Assembly: GCA_963700245.1 (NCBI GenBank) | Contig: CAVOWV010000008.1 | Coordinates: 6,180 to 70,179 of the forward strand | DNA: 64,000 bases | DNA from: an uncultured Chloroflexia bacterium | GTDB taxonomy: Bacteria; Chloroflexota; Limnocylindria; Limnocylindrales; CSP1-4 | Direction: 5' to 3' | In this document: one piece after another, positions 10,503-21,460 of the stretch | How positions within the stretch are numbered: the first letter of the stretch is position 1 | How the letters are laid out: the number at the start of each line of letters is the position of its first letter | Translations under genes and position numbers: made by a program | The notes under the pieces: generated by a model | The model's database searches: none | Told to the model about the DNA's origin: nothing | What the model saw: the letters and a program-made list of their open reading frames with translations, nothing else

Positions 10503-11679
10503 TCAGCCCGAGATCGCCTTCCGGAACCGCCACGCGGCGAGGGTCATGACCACCGCCGCGTAGACCGCCAGCACCACGACGTTGAGCACTACCGTCTCCA
10601 GGCCGCCGCCGGTCCGGATCAGCTCCTGCAGGCCGAGCAGCGCCCAGGAGTGGGGAATCAGGCGGGAGATGGACTGCATCGCGTCGGGCATGAACGCGAA
10701 CGGGATGAGGCAGCCGCCCAGCGCCGCCAGCGCGAGCCCCAGGAACACGCCCAGCGACCCGGCCTGGTCCGCGTTGCGCGAGAGTGCCCCGACCAGCAGG
10801 GCGAAGCCGGCGGCGACGAGCCCGAACAGGGCGATGATCACGCTCGCGGCGAGCGGATCCCCCCAGGTGACGTTGAACGCCACGGCGGTCACGAGCACGA
10901 TGTAGGCCGCCTGCAGCATGGCCACGAGATAGCGGCCGAGCGCCTCTCCCGCGACGATCGTCCAGGTGGACGTGGGGGTGGCGGTCATCCGGCGCGACAG
11001 GCCCAGCTGCTTGGTGTAGACGAGCCGCGCGGCCGCCGTCATCGACGTCAGGAACATGAACAGGATGAGCTGCGTGGACGCGCCGAAGGTGAACTGGGAG
11101 AAGCCCGCGAACATCCCGGGCTCGCCGATCTGCGTCACGGAGACCTCGACGCCGGGCACCGTCTCGTAACCCTCCTGGGCAGCCGCCGCGGCTTCCCCAG
11201 GGGTCCCCAGGCTCTCCGCCACCGAGATGCGCGCTGCGGTCGTGATCGCTCCCAGCCGGGCGACGGCAGCGTCGATGGGCGTACGCAGGCCGGTCGTGAG
11301 CGCGTCGGTCGTCCCGATGTAGAGGATCTCGACCTGGCCCGGCCAGCCGAGCGACAGGGTGAACCCGTCCGGGATCACGAGGCCGGCCTCCAGCTGTCCG
11401 CGCTCCACCTGGCTCTCGAGCGTCTCGATGTCGGCAAGCCGGCGGATCTCGAACCGGGCGGTGTCCTCCGCGAGGTTGTCGACGAGTGCCTCGGCTGCCG
11501 CGTCGCCCACCGGTGCCACGACGCCGAGGCGGGCCCGCGCGGTGCCCCCGAACTGGAGCCCCAGCGCAACGATGATGATCGTGGGCAGGACGAACACGAA
11601 GAACAGGTCGCCCCGGTCCCTGACCTGCCGCAGCAGGTTGATCCGGCCGATCTCGAGGACCTTGCGCAGCTGCGCTCAT
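10503..11679 (-). CDS. ABC-2 transporter permease (frameshift just after the start codon)
   Basis: N-term TM, extracellular loop, C-term TM bundle; LRKVLEIGRINLLRQVRDR continues upstream of ORF 11597. Confidence 0.85.
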
Positions 11680-12890
11680 CGCGCCTTCACCAGGCGGCGC
11701 GCGCGCGCCATGCCGATACCGCCCGTGATCAGCCCCATCGCCAGCAGGACGACGACCGATTGGAGGCCATCGGCCACGGTCCCGCCGCCCTGCATGTCGC
11801 CCAGCCCTCGCATGAACCAGCCATGCGGGGTGAACAGCGCGATCGTGCCCATGATCTCCGGGCCTTGGGCGGTGGGGGAGAAGGTCCCGCCCAGGACGCC
11901 CAGCGTGATCGCGACGGCCGAGCTGGCGGCACCGGCGACCTCGGCCGAGTTGGTGAAGGAGATGACGAGCGTCGAGATGCCGAGGGCGGCGATCACGGCG
12001 GCGGTGCAGACCAGCGCCACGCCGAGCGGCGAGCCCCACGAGGCGCCGATCAGGAGCGTGGTGGCGACGACCAGGACGGTCATGGCGAGCATGCCCTGCG
12101 CGAAGCCGCCCAGGAGCTTGCCGCCCAGCACGGTCCACGGCTTCACGGGCCCGGCCAGGATCCGCCCGAGCGTGCCCTGGCGCCGCTCGTCGAACAGGCT
12201 GACCAGGCCCATCTGCGCGGAGAAGAACAGGAACAGGATCGCCATCGACGCCGAGAAATAGGTCGCCATGCTCAGCTGGCGCAGCGCGGCCGTCTGGTCG
12301 GCGAGGATGACCGGGGGCCTCGCGGAGGACGCGGCCCCGATGATCCGCGCCTGGAGCGCCGGGTCCGGCGTCGCGCCGGGCCCTCCCGAGCCTCCCGCTC
12401 CACCCGCGCGGGCAAGCTCGAACGCCGTGGCCACGGACAGCTGCACCGTCACGACCCCATCGCCGAAGCGCTGTGCGACCGATCGTGCGATCTCCGTCGC
12501 GAGCCCGGAATCCCGGGCGCCCACCACCTCCAGCGTGACGGCCTGACCCGCGCCGATGGCCGCGCTGAACCCGGCCGGGACGAGGAACGCCGCGTCGGCA
12601 GTGCCATCCTCCACGGCGGCCCGCGCCGCGGCCTCGGTGGGCAGGTCCGTGACGGTGAACGCCCCGCCGTCCTCCAGCGAGCCGATCACGTCCTCCCGCA
12701 AGACGGTCGCCAGCGGCCCGCCGTCCATGTCCGCCACGACGTACACCGCGCGGAAGTCCGTCGTTCCGGCGAGCAGCTGGCTGAAGATGAACGCCAGGCC
12801 CAGTGGCGCGACGACGGAGACCAGCAGCGCCGTGCGGTCCCGCAGCCGCTGGCGCAGGTCCTTGAGCGCGACCAGGAAGACGATGCGCAT
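11676..12890 (-). CDS. ABC-2 transporter permease
   Basis: KDLRQRLRDR N-terminus, ERRQGTLGRIL motif, multiple TMs. Confidence 0.88.
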   Translation of the reverse strand: MRIVFLVALKDLRQRLRDRTALLVSVVAPLGLAFIFSQLLAGTTDFRAVYVVADMDGGPLATVLREDVIGSLEDGGAFTVTDLPTEAAARAAVEDGTADAAFLVPAGFSAAIGAGQAVTLEVVGARDSGLATEIARSVAQRFGDGVVTVQLSVATAFELARAGGAGGSGGPGATPDPALQARIIGAASSARPPVILADQTAALRQLSMATYFSASMAILFLFFSAQMGLVSLFDERRQGTLGRILAGPVKPWTVLGGKLLGGFAQGMLAMTVLVVATTLLIGASWGSPLGVALVCTAAVIAALGISTLVISFTNSAEVAGAASSAVAITLGVLGGTFSPTAQGPEIMGTIALFTPHGWFMRGLGDMQGGGTVADGLQSVVVLLAMGLITGGIGMARARRLVKAR

Positions 12891-12906
12891 CGGGGGCCGG
12901 GTCGCG

Positions 12907-13917
12907 CTACTCGGCGTCGCGCAGTGCGCGGCCGGTGAGGTGGAGGAAGACGGCCTCGAGGTTCGGCTGGACGATCTCGACGCCGCGCACGTGGGCTCCG
13001 GCCGCCTCGACCGCGTCGAGCAGCCTGGGCAGCACCCGACCCGCGTCCGCGGTGAGCACCTCGACCTCGTCGCCCTTGGCCGCCGCCGAGGCGACTCCGC
13101 GGACGCGCCCCGCGGCCCGCGCTGCAGCCACGACGTCGCCTGCGAGGGTCAGCCGGACCTGTTCCCGCTGCCCGATCAGGGCCACGAGCTCCTTGCGCGT
13201 CCCCTCGGCGCGGATCTCACCGCCGTCGATGATCCCGATCCGGGTGCACAGGCGCTCAGCCTCCTCCATGTAATGGGTCGTGTACAGGATCGCCATGCCC
13301 TGCCGGCCCAGCTCGGCGACGGACTCCAGGATCGCGTTGCGGCTCTGCGGGTCCACGCCCACCGTGGGCTCGTCCAGCAGCAGCAGCCGCGGCTGGTGGA
13401 GCAGCCCGATGCCGATGTTGAGCCGGCGCTGCATGCCGCCGCTGAAGGTGGACGTGCGGTCCTTCGCCCGCTCGGTGAGGCCGATGAGCTCCAGCACCTC
13501 GCCCACCCGCGCCTTGAGCTGCGCCCCGCCGAGGTCATACAGCCGGCCGAAGAACTCGAGGTTCTCGCGCGCCGTCAGGTCGGGGTAGATCGCAAGCTCC
13601 TGGGGCACGTACCCGATCCCCGCCTTGGCGGCCACGGCGCCCACGTCGATCGCCTGACCGTCCAGGGTCACCTCGCCCGCATCGCGGGTGAGCAGGCCGC
13701 AGACCATGGAGATCGTGGTGGTCTTGCCGGCGCCGTTGGGGCCTAGCAGGCCGTAGGTCTCGCCCTCGTGGATCTGGAACGAGACGCCCTTGACCGCCTC
13801 GAGCTCGCCGTAGCGCTTGCGGAGGTCCCGGGCTGCCAGCACGACCGACGACTCGGCCGTGGGTCGCTCAGTTCGTCCTTGCGGGCTCACGGCGACGGCG
13901 TCCGGCTCTGCGGTCAT
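12907..13917 (-). CDS. ABC transporter ATP-binding protein
   Basis: GPNGAGKTT, FSGGMQRR, LLLDEPTVGVDP. Confidence 0.92.
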   Translation of the reverse strand: MTAEPDAVAVSPQGRTERPTAESSVVLAARDLRKRYGELEAVKGVSFQIHEGETYGLLGPNGAGKTTTISMVCGLLTRDAGEVTLDGQAIDVGAVAAKAGIGYVPQELAIYPDLTARENLEFFGRLYDLGGAQLKARVGEVLELIGLTERAKDRTSTFSGGMQRRLNIGIGLLHQPRLLLLDEPTVGVDPQSRNAILESVAELGRQGMAILYTTHYMEEAERLCTRIGIIDGGEIRAEGTRKELVALIGQREQVRLTLAGDVVAAARAAGRVRGVASAAAKGDEVEVLTADAGRVLPRLLDAVEAAGAHVRGVEIVQPNLEAVFLHLTGRALRDAE

Positions 13918-14129
13918 GAGGGGTCTCCGGCTAGGTGCGATGGGCGACCGTCGGATGGTGCGCGCTCGGGCGTGCGTTCCGCAAGTCCGAACGGACTCTC
14001 GTCGCCGAGGCCCGCCGGATCCCGGTGTTCTCCGGGCGACGCAGGTGGCCTCACAGGTGGCTCACAGGCTAGGATGGCACCGTCGGGGGTAGTCCGGAAG
14101 GGCCGGACAGGAGCTGGAGGTTGTTATCC

Positions 14130-14639
14130 ATGGCGATCCGCAAGACCCGACGTGCGCTTGTCGCGGTGCCGCTCCTCGTGGCGCTGGCCCTGCCCACGGC
14201 GGCCCTGGCCGCCGCGCTCACCGGGACACCCGGCGCAGACGTCCTCACGGGCACCGCCGAACCGGACACGATCCATGGGCTCGCCGGCAATGACACCATC
14301 AAGGGGCTCGACGGCGCGGACCTGCTCTACGGCGACAACGGCGCCGACATCATCCGTGGCGGCAACGGGCAAGATCGTCTCTACGGCGGCAATGGCCCCG
14401 ACCGCCTCTTCGGAGACGCGGCGAATGATGTGCTGCGCGGCGGCGACGGCAACGACGTCATCCGCGGCGGCGGCGGCAACGACCGGATCTACGCCGGCTA
14501 CGGCAAGGACGTGATCATCGTCGCCTACGACAAGTCTGCCGATGCGGTCGACTGCGGGCCCGGCTGGGACGTCGTCACCTACGGCCCGGGCGACATCGTC
14601 AGCGCCAACTGCGAGCGGCGGATCAAGGTCTCCAACTAG
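14130..14639 (+). CDS. Secreted calcium-binding protein with hemolysin-type (RTX) GGxGxD repeats
   Basis: Signal peptide, repeated GGNGQDRLY/GGDGNDVIR; GGAGG RBS upstream. Confidence 0.85.
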   Translation: MAIRKTRRALVAVPLLVALALPTAALAAALTGTPGADVLTGTAEPDTIHGLAGNDTIKGLDGADLLYGDNGADIIRGGNGQDRLYGGNGPDRLFGDAANDVLRGGDGNDVIRGGGGNDRIYAGYGKDVIIVAYDKSADAVDCGPGWDVVTYGPGDIVSANCERRIKVSN

Positions 14640-14762
14640 GTCCCCGCGGGGGTCCCAGGGGGCGAGCGGCAACGCTCGCCCCCTTTTCGCGCGCCCTACG
14701 CCGCCCGCCTGCGCCGTGGTGTTCCGGGCAATCCGCACGCGCTCCGGCCCCGAACAACCAGC

Positions 14763-15845
14763 ATGAGCATCACGAGCCTCGCCCCGGCAGCCAGCCCGCC
14801 CTACGCGAACCCACCGCAGCCAGCGATCCGAGCCGTCGGAGTCCGACGGGTCTTCGGTGAGACCGTCGCCCTCGACGGCGTCGACGTGACGGTCGAACCG
14901 GGCGAGATCTACGGCTTCCTCGGTCCCAACGGGGCGGGCAAGACCACCCTGGTGCGCGTCCTCACGACCCTCCTGCGGCCGACGGCCGGAAGCGCCATCG
15001 TCGCCGGCGCCGACGTCGTCCGGGACACGGAGGCCGTGCGCTACCGGATCGGCGTCGCGCTCCAGGAGGCCTCGCTCGACCCGGGCCAGACCGGCCGCGA
15101 GCTCCTCGACCTCCAGGCCAGCCTGTTCGCGATCCCCAAGGCCGTCGCGCGGACCCGGGTGGCGGAGCTGATCGAGCTGGTCGACCTGGGGGACGCGATC
15201 GATCGTCGCGTCGAGACCTACTCGGGTGGCATGCGCCGCCGCCTTGATCTCGCGCTCGCCCTGGTGCACGACCCGGAGGTCCTGTTCCTGGACGAGCCGA
15301 CGACCGGCCTGGACCCCGTCAGCCGGCGGCAGATCTGGGACGAGGTGCGGCGCCTCAACCGGGAGCAGGGACTCACGGTCTTCCTGACGACGCAGTATCT
15401 CGAGGAAGCCGACGAGCTCGCCGACCGTGTCGGGATCATCGCCAACGGACGGATCGTCGCCGAGGGCACGCCGGAGGACCTCAAGCGCACGATCGGACGC
15501 GATGTGGTCGTCGCGCAGATCGAGGGAGACGTCGCGGCCGCCCGCACGGCGCTGGAGGCGCTCCCCGACGTCGAGAGCGTCCGCACGGCCGGCGAGGAGC
15601 TGACGGCGGTCGTCTCCGATGGCCCGGCTGCGGTTCCCGGGATCGCCGTCGCCCTCAACGAGATCGCGCACGTTCGCGTGACCCAGCTCTCGTTCCGTCG
15701 ACCGTCGCTGGACGACGTGTTCCTCGAGGTGACCGGTGCCCGGATCGCCGGTGCGGCCGCCGCCCCAGCCGAGGACGCCTCCCACGCCGCCCACACCGCC
15801 CACAACGCCTATCCCAACGCCCGAGCCGGAGGCAGCCCTCGATGA
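14763..15845 (+). CDS. DrrA-like ABC transporter ATP-binding protein
   Basis: GPNGAGKTT, YSGGMRRRLDLA, LFLDEPTTGLDP, TTQYLEEAD. Confidence 0.92.
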   Translation: MSITSLAPAASPPYANPPQPAIRAVGVRRVFGETVALDGVDVTVEPGEIYGFLGPNGAGKTTLVRVLTTLLRPTAGSAIVAGADVVRDTEAVRYRIGVALQEASLDPGQTGRELLDLQASLFAIPKAVARTRVAELIELVDLGDAIDRRVETYSGGMRRRLDLALALVHDPEVLFLDEPTTGLDPVSRRQIWDEVRRLNREQGLTVFLTTQYLEEADELADRVGIIANGRIVAEGTPEDLKRTIGRDVVVAQIEGDVAAARTALEALPDVESVRTAGEELTAVVSDGPAAVPGIAVALNEIAHVRVTQLSFRRPSLDDVFLEVTGARIAGAAAAPAEDASHAAHTAHNAYPNARAGGSPR

Positions 15846-16681
15846 CCGCCGATGTCCGCGCCGCCTCCGCCGCGGCCGTCCGCCTGTCCCGCCCCCGGGC
15901 CATCCGCTCGGCGGGTCCGACGCGGTTCGTCCGGGACATGCTCACCGTCGCGGGCCGCGCGACGCGTCAGCTCCGGCGGGAGCTGGCCTTCGTCATCCCG
16001 GCCCTCATCATCCCCATCTTCTTCTACGCCGTGAACGTCGGGTCGCTGGAGGGGATCGCCGCAGCTGCCGCTCCCGGCTTCGACGTGCGGGCCTTCCAGC
16101 TGCCGGTGGCGATCATCTTCGCCGTGACCGGTGTCTCGCGGGCCAACGCCCTCGTCCAGGACATCAGCGGTGGCTACTTCGAACGACTGCTGCTCACGCC
16201 GGTCAACCGGCTTGCCCTGCTGCTGGGCCTCATGGCTGCCGACTTCGTCCTCATCGTCGCGCTGTCGATCCCGGTCATCCTGATGGGCTGGATCACGGGC
16301 GTGTCCTTCGTGACCGGGATCGGCGGAATCCTCGCCTTCATCCTGATGGCGGCGATGTGGGGGATCGCCTTCAACGGGTTCCCGTACGCCATCGCGCTCA
16401 AGACGGGCAATCCGAGCGCCGTCGGCGCCAGCTTCATCCTGTTCTTCCCGTTCGCCTTCCTCACGACGGCCTACGTGCCCGAGGAGGCCCTGTCCGGCTG
16501 GCTCGCGACGGTCGCCCAGTTCAACCCGGTCACCTACCTGCTCGCGGGCCTCCGCTCGTTGATCACGGTGGGCTGGGACGCGCAGGCGATCGGAGGCGCG
16601 CTGCTGGCGACCGGGCTGGTGGCCATCGTGTCTCTCACGCTGGCCCTGACCGCGCTGCGGGGACGCGTGGCGAACGGCTAG
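15842..16681 (+). CDS. DrrB-like ABC-2 permease
   Basis: Six TMs, NPVTY motif, overlaps the ATPase stop. Confidence 0.88.
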   Translation: MTADVRAASAAAVRLSRPRAIRSAGPTRFVRDMLTVAGRATRQLRRELAFVIPALIIPIFFYAVNVGSLEGIAAAAAPGFDVRAFQLPVAIIFAVTGVSRANALVQDISGGYFERLLLTPVNRLALLLGLMAADFVLIVALSIPVILMGWITGVSFVTGIGGILAFILMAAMWGIAFNGFPYAIALKTGNPSAVGASFILFFPFAFLTTAYVPEEALSGWLATVAQFNPVTYLLAGLRSLITVGWDAQAIGGALLATGLVAIVSLTLALTALRGRVANG

Positions 16682-16744
16682 CCGGGCAGTCGCTATCGCA
16701 GCCCACGGGCGGCTCCGAGGCGAGCCACCGGCGGACCGCCCTGC

Positions 16745-17527
16745 TCAGGCGCGCCTGCGGACCTTCCAGATCTCCTCGATGGGCCAGCGCCGGGCCCACT
16801 CCACCGGCGCCCAGGCGAATGTGGTCTCGGCACCCTCGGGCGCCTGCGGCTCGAGCAGCTCGAGGATCTCGAAGCCCGCGTCGCGGAATAGGCGGATCCA
16901 CTCGCCATGCGTGGGGTGGAACTCCACGCTCGTGCCGTCTGGCCAGTCCTCGCGGGTCGGGCGGAAGTAGGACCGGGCGAACCGCTCCTCGAGCGGGTCG
17001 TCCTCGCCCGCGTCCTCGGCCGTGGCGACCATCGAGAGGATGTGGTTCGTGAGGACGTGCAGCCGGCCGCCGGGGCGCAGCAGGCGCGCCGCCTCCGGGA
17101 GCCACGCAGCCGGGTCCGCCCAGAGGACGGCGCCGTACTCGCTGATCGCGAAGTCGAACGAGGCGTCGGGCAGCGGGACGCGCTCGGCGTAGCCGTGGAT
17201 CAGCGGGAACGAGATTCCGTGCTCCGCCTGCAGTCGCGCCGCGGTCTCGAGCTGCCGGCTGCTGTTGTCGATCCCCACCGGCCGCGCCCCGCGCCGGGCC
17301 ATCCAGGCCGACACGTAGCCAGTCCCGCAGCCCAGCTCGATCGCGTCGAGGCCCGCCAGGTCGTCCGGCAGCAGGCGCACCTCGGACTCCGGGAACCCGA
17401 ACATGCCCCACGTCTCCTCGCCGGGGCGCATCGCCCAGTTGCGCTCCGCGGCGCCGACCCACTTGGGGGCGTAGTCGTCCCACATCGCCCGGTTGATCCG
17501 GACGTGGTCCGGCAGCTCCTCGGTCAC
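16745..17527 (-). CDS. Class I SAM-dependent methyltransferase
   Basis: IELGCGTG motif I; LPDASFD; RLLRPGG. Confidence 0.9.
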   Translation of the reverse strand: MTEELPDHVRINRAMWDDYAPKWVGAAERNWAMRPGEETWGMFGFPESEVRLLPDDLAGLDAIELGCGTGYVSAWMARRGARPVGIDNSSRQLETAARLQAEHGISFPLIHGYAERVPLPDASFDFAISEYGAVLWADPAAWLPEAARLLRPGGRLHVLTNHILSMVATAEDAGEDDPLEERFARSYFRPTREDWPDGTSVEFHPTHGEWIRLFRDAGFEILELLEPQAPEGAETTFAWAPVEWARRWPIEEIWKVRRRA

Positions 17528-18441
17528 GGGACCTCCTCTCCCAGGTGGCGGGCCCGGGCCTCGAGCAGGACCTCGATCGTCCGCTCGTCCGCCGGCCGGA
17601 GGTCCACCTGGACGTGGCCGACGCCGAGGTCACGCCACGCGTCGAGCGCCCGGGCGATGACGTCGGGGTCCGACGGGAGGAAGGCGGGGGCGGCGGGCCG
17701 GCCGCCTGCCGCGGCCTCGTTGTCGATCGTGATGCCCGCGGTGATCTCGATGGTCGCCGGGTCACGGCCCTCCGCCTCGCAGGCGGCGACGAGGTCCGCC
17801 CGCCGTTGGGCAAAGCGCTCGTCCGGGAACCCGAACCACGCGGCATTCCAGGCGTCCGCCCAGCGAGCCGTGAGGCGCAGGACGCGCTCGCCCTTGGCGG
17901 CGACCAGGATCGGCATCCGGCCGGGCATTCGGGCGGGGCGGGGCGGCGCCGGGATGAGGACGGCGTCCTCGACGTCGTGCCAGCGGCCCTTGAGGGTGAC
18001 CCGCTCGCCACGGAGCAGCGGGACGATGATCTCGAGGGCCTCCTCGAACCTGCCCGCACGATGGTCGAACGGGTAGCCGAACGCCCGGTACTCGGGCTCG
18101 TGCCAGCCCGTGCCGAGGCCCAGGATGAGGCGGCCATTCGCGATCTCGTCGAGCGTCGCCGCCATCTTGGCGGTCAGCGCCGGCGGCCGGAAGCCCGTGC
18201 CCAGCACGATCGTCCCGAGCTCGGCCCGCTCGGTCACGGCGGCGAGGGCCGACAGGAGCGTCCACGCCTCGTGGATGCCGTCCTCGGCCTCACCGGCCAT
18301 CCGGAACACGAGGTGGTCGTAGACCCACAGGCTGTCGATCCCGCCCGCCTCCGCGAGGAGCGCGAGGTCGCGGATGCGGGGCCAGGTGCCGGCGCCCGGC
18401 CCGTCCGCTTCTGCCATGGGGAGCACGAGGCCGATCTTCAT
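17524..18441 (-). CDS. LLM-class (luciferase-like) flavin/F420-dependent oxidoreductase
   Basis: MKIGLVLP, SLWVYDH, AKMAATLDEIANGRLILGLGTGW. Confidence 0.9.
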   Translation of the reverse strand: MKIGLVLPMAEADGPGAGTWPRIRDLALLAEAGGIDSLWVYDHLVFRMAGEAEDGIHEAWTLLSALAAVTERAELGTIVLGTGFRPPALTAKMAATLDEIANGRLILGLGTGWHEPEYRAFGYPFDHRAGRFEEALEIIVPLLRGERVTLKGRWHDVEDAVLIPAPPRPARMPGRMPILVAAKGERVLRLTARWADAWNAAWFGFPDERFAQRRADLVAACEAEGRDPATIEITAGITIDNEAAAGGRPAAPAFLPSDPDVIARALDAWRDLGVGHVQVDLRPADERTIEVLLEARARHLGEEVP

Positions 18442-18546
18442 CGGCCGATGGTAGCGGTCGGTCGTGGGTTGGGGCCGGGGACTCCCGCCCACCGACGATG
18501 GACCCAGGAGCGTGTCCTCCGGGTCTCGGATGCCGTCTCGCCCCGG

Positions 18547-18978
18547 TCAGCGCGCGGGCAGCGCCGCGAGCGCCTCCACCAGCGCGGCCGAGGCCTCGCC
18601 GACCGAGCACAGCGGCAACTCGACATGGGCGTCGGCGGAGACCCAGAGCATCACGTTGAAGGAGATCCTGCGGATCTCGCCGGGCTTCCGGAAGTCGCTG
18701 CGGAAGGTGACGATCGGCTTGCCGCGCGCATACGCATACCCGCACTCCCAGGCCGTGCCCGAATCGGGGTCGGAGCCGTCCATCACCGCCACCACCGCCT
18801 CGGACCAGTCGAGGCCTTCCATGTCCGTGCGGAAGATGTCCTCTGGCGTAGGGTCGGGGATCTGGCTCGCCTGGGGGAGGAACACCTCGTGGCCGGCAGC
18901 CGTGAGCAGGGCCGCGAGCGCGGTGTTCCAGTCCTGCTCGGGTGTGGTGAACAGCGGACCGGCCAGGTACAGCTTCAC
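18547..18978 (-). CDS. Nucleoside 2-deoxyribosyltransferase family protein
   Basis: KLYLAGPLF...DSGTAWECGYAYA; GAAGGAG RBS before GTG. Confidence 0.85.
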   Translation of the reverse strand: MKLYLAGPLFTTPEQDWNTALAALLTAAGHEVFLPQASQIPDPTPEDIFRTDMEGLDWSEAVVAVMDGSDPDSGTAWECGYAYARGKPIVTFRSDFRKPGEIRRISFNVMLWVSADAHVELPLCSVGEASAALVEALAALPAR

Positions 18979-19289
18979 GAGGGCTCCTTCGGGTTTCAGA
19001 GACGATGAAGCGACCTGGCTGGTGGCTCCATCAGGGCAAAGGTCCAGGCCGACGGTGGGCGCCCCCATGATGAGGCCGCCGGTTGCGCAAAGGGCGGGAT
19101 CCACCGGAGTGCCATGAGTGATGCGTAGTCGTGGCATTCGAGGACGGGCTCGCCACGCGGCTGCCCGCGGCGTGCCGGACCAGGCGCTGGGGTGAATTCG
19201 CCGCCGCAATCAGGCCAGGGCGGCATCCCCCACAATGGCGGGCGACGCCAACCGTATGGCGGGCGACGCCAACCGCCCGCAGGGGAGCC

Positions 19290-20183
19290 ATGACCTCGAT
19301 CCGCAGCCGACCGAACCTGGTCCCGTTCGCGGGCGTGGCGGCTGCCATCCTGATGCTGGTGCTCGTCGTCGCGGGCTCGGATCCGACGATCGACGTCACC
19401 GAGCCGTTCAGCGGCAAGCTGGTCACGGGCCAGGACGCACGGTCGTACTACGGGCTGAACCTCGCCGACCTCTACGAGGGCCGGACGAACTGGAACACGA
19501 TCGGCGCGTATCCGTACTCGCCGGCGTTCGCCCAGCTCGTCTACCCGCTCAACCTGCTGCCGTGGCCCATGTTCGTGGCCGCCTGGACGATCCTCCTGCT
19601 GGCTGCCGTCTTCTTCCTGACCGGCCCCCGGCTCCTGCTGCTGGGCCTTGTCCTGGGCGCGATGGAGATCGCCGGTGGCAACATCTCGCTCCTGCTCACC
19701 CTCGCGATCGTGGCCGGGTTCCGCTACCCGTGGACATGGGCGTTCGTGATCCTCACCAAGATCACGCCGGGCATCGGCCTCCTGTGGTTCGTGCTCCGCC
19801 GCGAGTGGCGGCAGCTGGGGATCGCCCTGGGCGCCACGGCCGCGATCGTCGCCGTGTCCTACCTGCTGATGCCGGGGGCCTGGGCGGACTGGATCGCGCT
19901 CCTCGCCGCGAACTCGGGCAAGGGGGGCACCTGGGCGGCCGTGCCCATCCCGCTCGTGATCCGCCTCCCGGTCGGTGTCCTGCTGCTGATCTGGGGTGCG
20001 CCGCGCAACCAGCGCTGGGTGGTGCCCATCGCGGCGATGCTCGCGTTGCCGGCCCTCTGGTACGGCTCGCTCTCGATGGTGCTGGGCGTGATCCCGCTGA
20101 CGACGCCCGAAGAGCGCCGTCGGGGCTGGGCGCGCCTCGCCGGGCTCGTCCGGCGTGGGGACCTCGCGCAGCCAGGAGCGTAG
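19290..20183 (+). CDS. GT87-family (DUF2029) membrane glycosyltransferase
   Basis: DARSYY, YPYSPAF, GNIS, KITP motifs; many TMs. Confidence 0.75.
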   Translation: MTSIRSRPNLVPFAGVAAAILMLVLVVAGSDPTIDVTEPFSGKLVTGQDARSYYGLNLADLYEGRTNWNTIGAYPYSPAFAQLVYPLNLLPWPMFVAAWTILLLAAVFFLTGPRLLLLGLVLGAMEIAGGNISLLLTLAIVAGFRYPWTWAFVILTKITPGIGLLWFVLRREWRQLGIALGATAAIVAVSYLLMPGAWADWIALLAANSGKGGTWAAVPIPLVIRLPVGVLLLIWGAPRNQRWVVPIAAMLALPALWYGSLSMVLGVIPLTTPEERRRGWARLAGLVRRGDLAQPGA

Positions 20184-20197
20184 GTCCCGGCGGCGGG

Positions 20198-20480
20198 CCT
20201 CGCGCGTGTGAGCTCCCGCGTGTGACCTCGCGCGCATGACCTCGCGTGCGGGATCGCGTGTGCGGGATCGCGTGTGCGGGATCGCGCGTGCGTCGCCTTC
20301 GCCCGCAGGACCTCGCGTGCGTGCCACGCAAGGATTCCCAAGCTTCCTGTCGCCGATTGAGCGGCACGCACGGCGAGAGCATCGCTGGCGGCCGAATCGG
20401 GTCTTTGCCCGCGACGACCTTGCTCGTCACGCAAGAGCGAAGCGCGGGTGCCTGCAAATCCTTGCGTCGCACGCAAGGGC
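20198..20480. repeat. ~14-bp degenerate tandem array followed by four related TGNN-N3-CACGCA palindromic boxes
   Basis: Tandem units 20198-20292; boxes at 20318, 20358, 20421, 20463 (CCTTGCGT-CGC-ACGCAAGG at 20460-20478 is a perfect inverted repeat). Confidence 0.75.
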
Positions 20481-20718
20481 CGCCGGATCTCGGCACGCGG
20501 GCCCGGGCGGGCCGGAAGGGCCGGAGCGGGGAGGAGGCCAGGCTGGCCGCGGGAGGAGTCCGGGGCGGGCCGAGGTGGGCCGGGGCCGAGGCGGGCCGGG
20601 GAGGAGGCCGGGCCCGCAGGCCGAGGCGGGCCGGGGAGGAGGCCGGGCAGGCGCCGGCGAGGCCACGAAGAAGGCGCCGGCAAAGCCCCAGCGAAGCGAC
20701 GGGTGTCACGCTGGTCGC

Positions 20719-21460
20719 ATGGCCAGGACCAACCTCCAGATCCGGGCTGATGAGCACGCGGCCGAGTTGCGGCGAGTCCTCGCCCAGGACCTCCGCCGCA
20801 TGCGGGAGGACGCGGGCTGCACGAGGGTCGGCCATCGCGGCGCTCGCCGGCGTCGATCCGTCCCTCATCACGAGGATCGAGTCCCGGGACATCGACCCGA
20901 CGCTCGAAACCTACGCGCGTGTCGCGGCGGCCCTTGGCGCCAACCTCGCGACGAAGGTGTACCCGGACACCGGGCCGAGCGTGCGAGATCGCCACCAGGT
21001 CCGCATCGTCGAGTGCTTGCTCGCGTCACTCCACCCGCGCTGGCGTGCGACGCCCGAGGCGGCAGTCCGCCGGCCAGTCAGCGGCTGGGTCGATGTCGCC
21101 CTTCACGACCCAGCGTCGGCGCTGGTGGTGGCCACCGAAGTTGAGTCGCTCCTCCGCCGGCTGGAGCAGCTGCTCCGCTGGAGTCAGGAGAAGGCCGAGG
21201 CCCTGCCATCCTCGCCGGCGTGGGCCTCGTGGTCGGCGACGGGTCGACCGGCGGTTTCCAGGCTCCTGATCGTGCGCTCGACGCGAACCAACCGGGAGGT
21301 TGCCCGCGACACCCGCAGGCTGCTGGCGGCCGCCTACCCGGCGGACCCGCGAGATGCGCTCGACGCGCTCACGGGGACGGCGGCATGGCCCGGCCCGGCG
21401 CTGCTCTGGGTGCGCCTCGAGGGGCCTGGCGCGGCCGTCCTCGACCCATGGCGGCCGTGA
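20719..21460 (+). CDS. Second XRE-HTH + PD-(D/E)XK-like nuclease-domain protein; frameshift near 20826
   Basis: MARTNLQ...LRRMREDAGCTR / SAIAALAGVDPSLITRIE...PTLETYARVAAALG; C-term PEAAV...GWVDVALH...VATEVES. Confidence 0.75.

Noticed and set aside
19030-19120. ZTP (pfl) riboswitch resemblance (CCGTCGGCCTGG)
   Set aside because: The conserved 5' part of the aptamer was not found
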